64,000 nucleotides of DNA from Octopus vulgaris. Lineage: Eukaryota. Numbering within the stretch: the stretch's first letter is position 1; each line of letters opens with the position of its first letter. Both the position numbers and the translations under genes were made by a program. The notes below the pieces were generated by a model. The model did not search any database and was not told the origin of the DNA. It saw only the letters and a list, made by a program, of their open reading frames with translations. Shown here piece after piece: positions 56,791 to 64,000 of this stretch. Where the stretch lies: positions 171,368,001 through 171,432,000 of the forward strand of contig OX597814.1 in NCBI GenBank assembly GCA_951406725.2. The letters run 5' to 3'.

Positions 56791-57026
56791 CTCTTTCTTT
56801 ACTACCCACAAGGGGCTAAACACAGAGAGGACAAACAAGGACAGACAAAGGGATTAAGTCGATTATATCGACCCCAGTGCGTAACTGGTACTTAATTTAT
56901 CGACCCCGAAAGGATGAAAGGCAAAGTCGACCTCGGCGGAATTTGAACTCAGAACGTAACGGCAGACGAAATACCGCTAAACATTTCGCCCGGCGTGCCT
57001 ACGTTTCTGCCAGCTTGCTACCTTTT
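56791..57026 (-). mobile_element. SINE family M (tail 1) with 14-bp TSD
   Basis: GCGCACATATATTT at 56777-56790 and 57027-57040. Confidence 0.92.
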
Positions 57027-57329
57027 GCGCACATATATTTGCACTCACACACATACACATGTTTCGAAACTACTCTCGTATTATAACCCGCGGATAATGT
57101 TATCAAACAGTTGTTATTACCGAAGTTAGTAAGTCCCAGACACTCTAGGATATTGTTGTATCATCTGCTTAATTTTATCAACCAGATATTGTTATTTTTA
57201 GGGCTTTCTTCAAATGTGATTATAATAAGCGGCTTCCAGATTCTTCATATATTGAGTTACATAATGCTAGAAGCGAGATGACTGGCCTTTATTGGAGGAT
57301 TTGTGGAAACAGTAAAGAGGAGATGAATT

Positions 57330-57705
57330 TAGAAAAACAATGTTCCAGCACACGAGTCCTTCGTTTCAAAGGCTGGTGTGCAGCATGACTGTGGATTTGA
57401 ACTAGTTGATCACCGTTCCTATCATCCGGTTTTGGCCCCATCTGATTATCTTCCGTTCCACAGTATGAAAAACTCATGACTGAGAAAAAGTATCGTAGCA
57501 CTGATGACGTCATGTCTGCTGTTGATGACTTATTTGACCAACAGGATGAAAGCTTCTCCACCAACAGGATCCAGGCACTGACACACCAATGGGAAGATTG
57601 TCTGGACCGCAATGATGGGGGCGCTATGTTGAAAAATAAACCTCATTTGGTCACATTCCAATAAGAATATGTTAGTCATCTTATGAACTTTTCAGCCGAC
57701 CCTCG
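57330..57705 (+). pseudogene. Mariner transposase 3' remnant with right TIR
   Basis: NNVPAH...GFELVDH..Y.PVLAPSDY...IQAL.HQWEDCL; ends GAACTTTTCAGCCGACCCTCG|TA. Confidence 0.8.
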
Positions 57706-57996
57706 TACTTTGAGCGATAACAACTGGAAATGGTTGTTGCTGAAATACAGGTATGTGAGGTATGTAATGGTGAGAATAAATTTTACCTATGTGTATACAC
57801 CACGCATCAAACTAGAACAAAAATGTGGCGCCTATAAAGGTCAAAGATTAGTACGTGGTTTATAAAAGGTTAACTAGGATAAGAAATTAAAACTTCTGGT
57901 CATTTCATTAGTTAAGTTGAACTACTTCATTCGAAGTTGAGGAGTTTTGCAGCAGTGCGCATAAGCGAAAATATCTGTTACTCAATATCCGAGTTA

Positions 57997-58027
<31 letters not shown>

Positions 58028-58028
<1 letters not shown>

Positions 58029-58345
58029 GCACTCTGTCGGTTGAGACGACGAGGGTTCCAGCTGATACGATCAACGGAACAGCTTGCTCGTGAAAATAAC
58101 GTGCAAGTGGCTGAGCACTCCACAAACACGTGTACCCTTAACGTAGTTCTCGAGGAGATTCAGCGTGACACAGGGTGTGACAAGGCTGGTCCTTTGAAAT
58201 ACAGGTACTACTAATTTTTGCCAGCTGAGTGGACTGGAGCAATGTGAAATTAAGTGTCTTGCTCATGGACACAACGCGCCGCCAGGAATTGAACTCACAA
58301 CTTTACGATCATGAGCTGAATGCCCCCAACCACTAACCCACGGCC

Positions 58346-58349
<4 letters not shown>
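58028..58349 (-). mobile_element. SINE head B + tail Y
   Basis: Head-B body (TTGCTCCAGTCCACTCAGCTGGCAAAAAT) joined to the tail found on head A at 34031. Confidence 0.85.
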
Positions 58350-58393
<44 letters not shown>

Positions 58394-58479
58394 TATATAT
58401 ATACATACACACACATATATATATATATATCTGTATATTTTCACATTTTTATTATTTAATAATAATAATAATAATAATA

Positions 58480-58510
<31 letters not shown>

Positions 58511-59011
58511 TGTATGTATGTATGTATGTATGTATGTTTGTGTGTGAGTGTGTGTATGTGTGTGTGTGTGTCCATTTTATATATTAGATATTGTCAGACT
58601 TGTTACGCCATGCATCGGTAAGCTGTTGGCTGGCTTATGCAATAATGTTTTCCCTTGTCATGTGTAAGTTTTACCAAACATATACTGCTATTCAATCAAA
58701 CGTTTGTAGAAACAAATTGGATTTATATGCACACTCCCCCCCTCTCTCTCTATACTGCATCTCTCTTTACTTCTCTCTCCATCTCTCTACCTCTCCCACA
58801 CTTTGTATGCTTATGTCTTCGTTCATAGTTTATTTATTTTCGTCTATATTTCGGAGCTATTGTTACTGTTTCAAAATATCATTTCTGTTTGGTGTGTCAT
58901 GGTCTAAAATACTAATTTTAATTTAAAAGACTTTGATTTTAAAATCATACTCTCATATATAGATACAGAAAACAGATAGATATGTAGACAGACATAGATA
59001 GATAGACAGAC

Positions 59012-59085
<74 letters not shown>

Positions 59086-59086
59086 G

Positions 59087-59152
<66 letters not shown>

Positions 59153-59371
59153 TAGGAAGAGTTTACGAAAAAACAAAAGTCGAAGACAGGTGGTGTACAA
59201 AACAAACAGATATATTAGTATAACGCTCAGTAATAGAAAAAGTCTTTTACATTTCGAGCCTACGCTCTTCTACAGAAAGGGACACAGAAAAAACAAGGAG
59301 AGAAAAAAATGTGTGTAGTGGCTAACGAACTATCATGGCGTAGATAGATAGATAGATAGATATATAGATAA

Positions 59372-59456
<85 letters not shown>

Positions 59457-59857
59457 GAGTCTGTATGTGAGGAAGAGACAATAGAAAGAGAGAGAAAATA
59501 TCTTTTAGATAAGTTCTGAAAACACGGCTATGTTCAAGATTAGGTATATTTTTCCTTATTTTCGTATGAAACCCTGGCAACAATTTGTTTGGAATATTCA
59601 ACTTTCTAAATCTATCGTTACCATTTCTATCAGAAAAAAGTGCGATACATCTAGCAATAGCATCTTATATCTTGAAGATGAGACTGCGGAAGTCTAGAAA
59701 AGTTGATGATAGGGTTAGGTATTTTATCACTCCTAACGAACCACAAGAGACTCGTTGGATAGCTGAAAATTGTTTACGAATTACGATATGAGTTAAATGA
59801 AACGTACAGAAGTCAAAATAATAGACTACAGTCAGTCTCTAACATTGTGACCTCGTT

Positions 59858-60074
59858 CGAGAGGGTGCTGAAAAGTTCCTGGTTTTGGATAAAAGAAAAT
59901 ACAGGAGGATCAGTTAATTATAATTTTATTGAATATATACCCCTCTTAGATTCACACACTTATTGCAGCGGTCCTTCAATTTTTCTAAGTCCCGTAAAAG
60001 AACTCGAAAGATTGGGCCCCCAACCAAGCTCTTCGGAACACCCTTAGAGCCAAGACCTTTTCAGCAACCCCTCA
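59858..60074. mobile_element. Mariner-derived MITE
   Basis: TIRs CGAGAGGGTGCTGAAAAGTTCCTGG / CCAAGACCTTTTCAGCAACCCCTCA|TA. Confidence 0.75.
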
Positions 60075-60189
60075 TACATATACTAGGAATCATTCTTTTT
60101 ATTATTAAAGTGTTACTTGGTGGTCAAACGAAAAGGTTACATATCAGGATCGCTTCTATTGTTACGCTAGGTCAGCCCAAAATGTCCGT

Positions 60190-60340
60190 TCATTTTACAT
60201 TTTGAGCCATTGTTGTGGATGCTTGAAGCGTTAAGGGTTATCTCGCTAGAACTTGTACGAAAGATGACCGTGTCGGTATATGCGAACGATGTCACCGTCT
60301 TGGAGGTGGCTTGTTGGTCGGTACCGAACTGAAAGTATTA
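60190..60340 (+). pseudogene. Tx1/L1-like RT fragment
   Basis: FEPLL..LEAL...VSVYANDVTV (decayed YADD). Confidence 0.55.
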
Positions 60341-60494
60341 GGGATCGTAAGAGGCGCATCATTAATCAAGACAAGTATGAACTGTACAGCTTTAATGTGT
60401 TACATCTGTGTAGAATATGATCTATATAAGATGCTGGTGTTATATGGTACTGCATATCAGTTACATTGGAATGTGTCTTGTGTTATTTTATTCG

Positions 60495-60822
60495 CTCTGT
60501 GGTTAGAGTATCAGGCTCACACTCGTGAGATAGTAAGTTCGAATCCCGGACCAGGCTGTGTTGTGTTCTTGAGCAAGTTACTTTATTTCCCCTTGCTCCA
60601 GTTCACTAAGCTGTAGAAATGAATTGCGACGTCACAGGTACCAAGCTGTATCGGTCTTTGCCTTTCCTTTGGATAACATAGGTGGCGTTGATAGGGGAAG
60701 CTGGTATGCATGGGCAACTGCTGGTCATCCATAAAACAACCTTGTCCAAACTTGCACCGCGGAGTGGAACTTTCTAGGTGCAATCCCATGGTCATTCGTT
60801 TCCGAAGGGGGTCTTTACCCTT
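60495..60822 (+). mobile_element. SINE head B-like + tail Z
   Basis: GTGGTTAGAG...GTTCGAATCCCGGAC head; tail as in 6555-6730. Confidence 0.8.
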
Positions 60823-61357
60823 TACTCTTAGCCATGTAGAATAAGTTATGTGCGTGTGTGTACGTGTATGTGTGTTTATTGCGTATGTGGAATGTGGAGC
60901 AACTATATTACTTGCATCGTGATGTTGAACTAAAAGTGACTTATATAAGATGTGAACTCTACCTTGCAGAGCTGTGTTTGTCATGCGTGCAACGTTTAGA
61001 GCCCTTATATGGGAGTATAGCTTTTTGTTCTGCTTTTATCATATTCGATGACTCTGTTGCTATTAATGCTATTATTAATTGTACTCCGTCACATCTTGTT
61101 CATTCTAAATTCAAGTTTCTTGTATTTTGACATTTTCTACAATTCTTTTGAGTAATATTTTGGTACAAGAGAACCACCATGCCTATCAGTATTTCTGTTC
61201 CAGTTGTTGATTATTATATCAGAACAGTTTTATTTTGGTTATTCTGTCAGTTCGAATAGGCGTATTTCAGATGATTCTGACCTGGTTGTTGCCAAGTTCC
61301 ATATTTGCTTCGTTTTTACCATTTTTGTTTGTTTCCATGTCAAAATTTTGTTATATT

Positions 61358-61746
61358 GGTTTCAAATGTTGGCATGTCAGCAAGTTCGTGGGAGGTGGGA
61401 TAAGTCGATTACATCAACCACAGTGTTTAATTAGTATTTATTTTATCAACCCGAAAGGATGGAAGGTAAAGTCAACGTCGGCGGAATTTGAACTGAGAAC
61501 GTAAAGACGGACGAATTGCCGCTAAGCATTTTGCACGACGTGTTAACAATTCTTATTTCTTATTTCTTTATTGCCCACAAGGGGCCAAACAAGGACAGAC
61601 AAAGGGATTAAGTCGATTACATCGACCTCGAAAGAATGAAAGGCAAAGTCGACCTCGGCGGAATTTGAACTCAGAACGTAAAGACAGGCGAAATAACGCT
61701 AAGCATTTCGCCCGATGTGTTAACAATTCTGCCAGCTCACCGCCCT
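61358..61746 (-). mobile_element. Nested SINE-M pair
   Basis: Tail-1 copy ending TAAGAA fused at AGAA into the head of an older tail-2 copy. Confidence 0.75.
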
Positions 61747-61759
61747 ATGAAAAAGAGTT

Positions 61760-62700
61760 TTGTTATGTTGAGTTGTGAACATCGTTAGCGACATGATTGT
61801 GTCACTATATGTATTGAGACTTAAAATCAAGGATGGACAGGTGGAGATAATATGGTTAACTGTCTCATTGTATAAGTTGCACGGTGAGCACTTAATTTGG
61901 TAACATTTTTTCATTATTTTTTTGTGGCCCTAATTTGAGTCTTGGGTCACTAGAATCAGACCATTTGCTTCTGGTTTTAACCAAGAATCTTTGAGCCTTT
62001 GTTGCCTTCACTTTTGACTATTTCCAGTTTAGCTTGAATTTCGAGTGGAATTTTGCTCTCTATTTTTCCTTCAGTATATTTTTGAATTCTGTTTTAATTT
62101 GCTCCCCCTATTTTTTTTTAACCTTTCTCTATTGTTTTTCCTTTATTTAAACTTCTTTTTATATTTCAAAATAGTTTGCATTCAGATTGTACTTTATCAT
62201 TTCCTTAAAATTACAGAGAAATTTTCTTTTTGTTTCCTTTTTATACTTTGCAGCTCCACATTGTTTACTTCTAAGTATTTTTCTAGTCTCGCTGTTGTTA
62301 TTATGTAGTAGTTTTCTGTTTTTATCAAACTCTGTTCACCTCGTATCCAGAGAAAGCTTTTTTTTTGTCTTCTTAAAGTAGTTCGTTAAGCTTTTTATTT
62401 CATTTAATTTCTGGATTACCATATTTAGGATGTAATTTAGAATCGAAAAGACAGCATATTTATATATATATTACTTGAGTTTAGTTTGTGATATTAATGT
62501 GACTTTTCTGTAGTATTCTTTCGAAATCACTTCCGTTTCTTTGCATTGCGTTTTATCAATTCCATCTCTAAGAATTTGTATGGATGTTTGTGGACTAATT
62601 TTCTGAATTCGATGTCTATGTTTAGTGTAATGTTCAAAGACTTAGCCAGCTTGCTTCTTCTTATGATAGCTTGGGCATCAAAATCATTTCTATGTCTTAA
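61760..62700 (-). pseudogene. Highly decayed R4/Dong-clade LINE
   Basis: WLKPEANGLILVTQD and the CCHC-type KCSPCNLYNETVNHIISTC. Confidence 0.65.
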
Positions 62701-63104
62701 TTGGATTCATGTCTAAGGATTATCAAAATTGTCAAAGAATCGGTCGAGATGTCTTGCGGTATCTGTTTCGGCTGTTCACACTCTGAATTCAACTCAAGCT
62801 GAGATCAACTTCGTCTTTCATTCCTCTGGGGTCACTGAAATAAAGTACCAGTCTAGTTCTAAAGTCAATGGGATGAACAAACTCATTTCTCCTTAAAACC
62901 GCTGGTCTTGTTCCAAAATTAGATACCATCAAATCCTGCTAAGATCAACGGCGTCTTTCATCCTTTCAGGATGGGTAAGATATAAAATACCAGTCACATA
63001 CTAGAGATACATATAATCGACTTCCCCCCTCCTCAAAAACTGCCAGCCCTATGCCAAAATTATAAAGAATTATGATTATTGTTATTATTGTTATTATTAT
63101 CACG

Positions 63105-63728
63105 GTTTTGTTGAATGGTTGTTGTCACGCGTGGGACGGATTCGTCTGTCGGCCGAGTCTGTAGTAATGATTGCATCGCCGCACTCCTTCAGTCGGGCAA
63201 GCAAGACAGTTTTCCTTTGCCTGGTAGCTGTGGCGAAAGAAATTGTTCGGTGGACAAGGCTGAAAGGCATGACAGATACATTCCTCTTTGGGTGAGCTCC
63301 CATTAACTTTTCCAAGTTTCACTTGAAAAGGAAACTGAGAGTGGAAAGGAAAATGCTGTCCTCGAGTGAGTTTATTGAAAGGTGGGTGAAAGTTGCGAAA
63401 ATGGCAAGAATGTAGACCTATGAGTCGGAATGAAGGAACTGGTGAGGACACTTACTCCTGGGGTTTCAGGGAAATCTCGGTCGGTGGGATTCCTCGATTA
63501 TCCCTATAGGCATTTCTGTATCAGGAGGGCCACATCTTTATCATCCCCGCCTTTAAAACCCAATTTTTTTCTTTCTTTCTTTGCTGTGAATATGTCCCTG
63601 TTTTTACAGTGTATACGGTGTATCCTTATGTTTTTTATCATTTCATTGTTAATTGTAAACCCCAACACTTATGTCTGTCTTTGTATTGTTCTCCTCATCC
63701 TTCGCTCTTGTGGCAAATAAAGGAAAAT
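63105..63728 (+). pseudogene. Tx1/L1-like LINE 3' end with AATAAA
   Basis: LLSRVGRIRLSAESV...FLCLVAVAKEIVRWTR...FHLKRKLRVER...FIERW, then a pyrimidine-rich UTR and AATAAA at ~63716. Confidence 0.65.
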
Positions 63729-63755
63729 CTATCATCATCATCATCATCGTCATCA

Positions 63756-63838
<83 letters not shown>

Positions 63839-64000
63839 TTATCATTATTATTATTATTATTATTAATATTAATATTAATATATTATTATTATTATTATTA
63901 TTACTATTATTATTATTATTATTGTTGTTGTTGTTGTTGTTGTTGCTGTTGTTGTTTTTGTTGCTTTTGTTATTCTTATTATTGTCGTTGATATTATTAT

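Overview
Eukaryotic, AT-rich, microsatellite-saturated non-coding DNA. Repeat content resembles an octopus (coleoid cephalopod) genome; this is inferred from recalled SINE/LINE styles, not a search. No confident host gene is present, and nearly all short ORFs in the track are translated microsatellites. The one real long ORF is an intact 1034-codon APE+RT ORF2 of a 5'-truncated CR1-group LINE (21865-25565, minus) lying between two large (TA)n tracts. Its ORF1 carries a CCCH finger, there is a candidate -1 frameshift site, and its 3' tail is shared, with compensatory hairpin changes, with a local SINE family. The rest is tRNA-derived SINEs with swappable head/tail modules, decayed R4/Dong, Tx1/L1 and CR1-Zenon LINEs, mariner and hAT MITEs and a Helitron. 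The most striking signal is a dense set of minimal type I hammerhead ribozyme (HHR) motifs from many unrelated families, each with a palindromic stem III. They occur in retrozyme-like tandem repeats (cleavage sites 534 and 557 nt apart) or in long fold-back palindromes, and several have non-canonical cores (CCGAUGA, CUGUNGA, UUGAAAA). SINE family, head and tail labels (M, C, A, B, W, X, Y, Z) are my own. Decayed-element boundaries are approximate.
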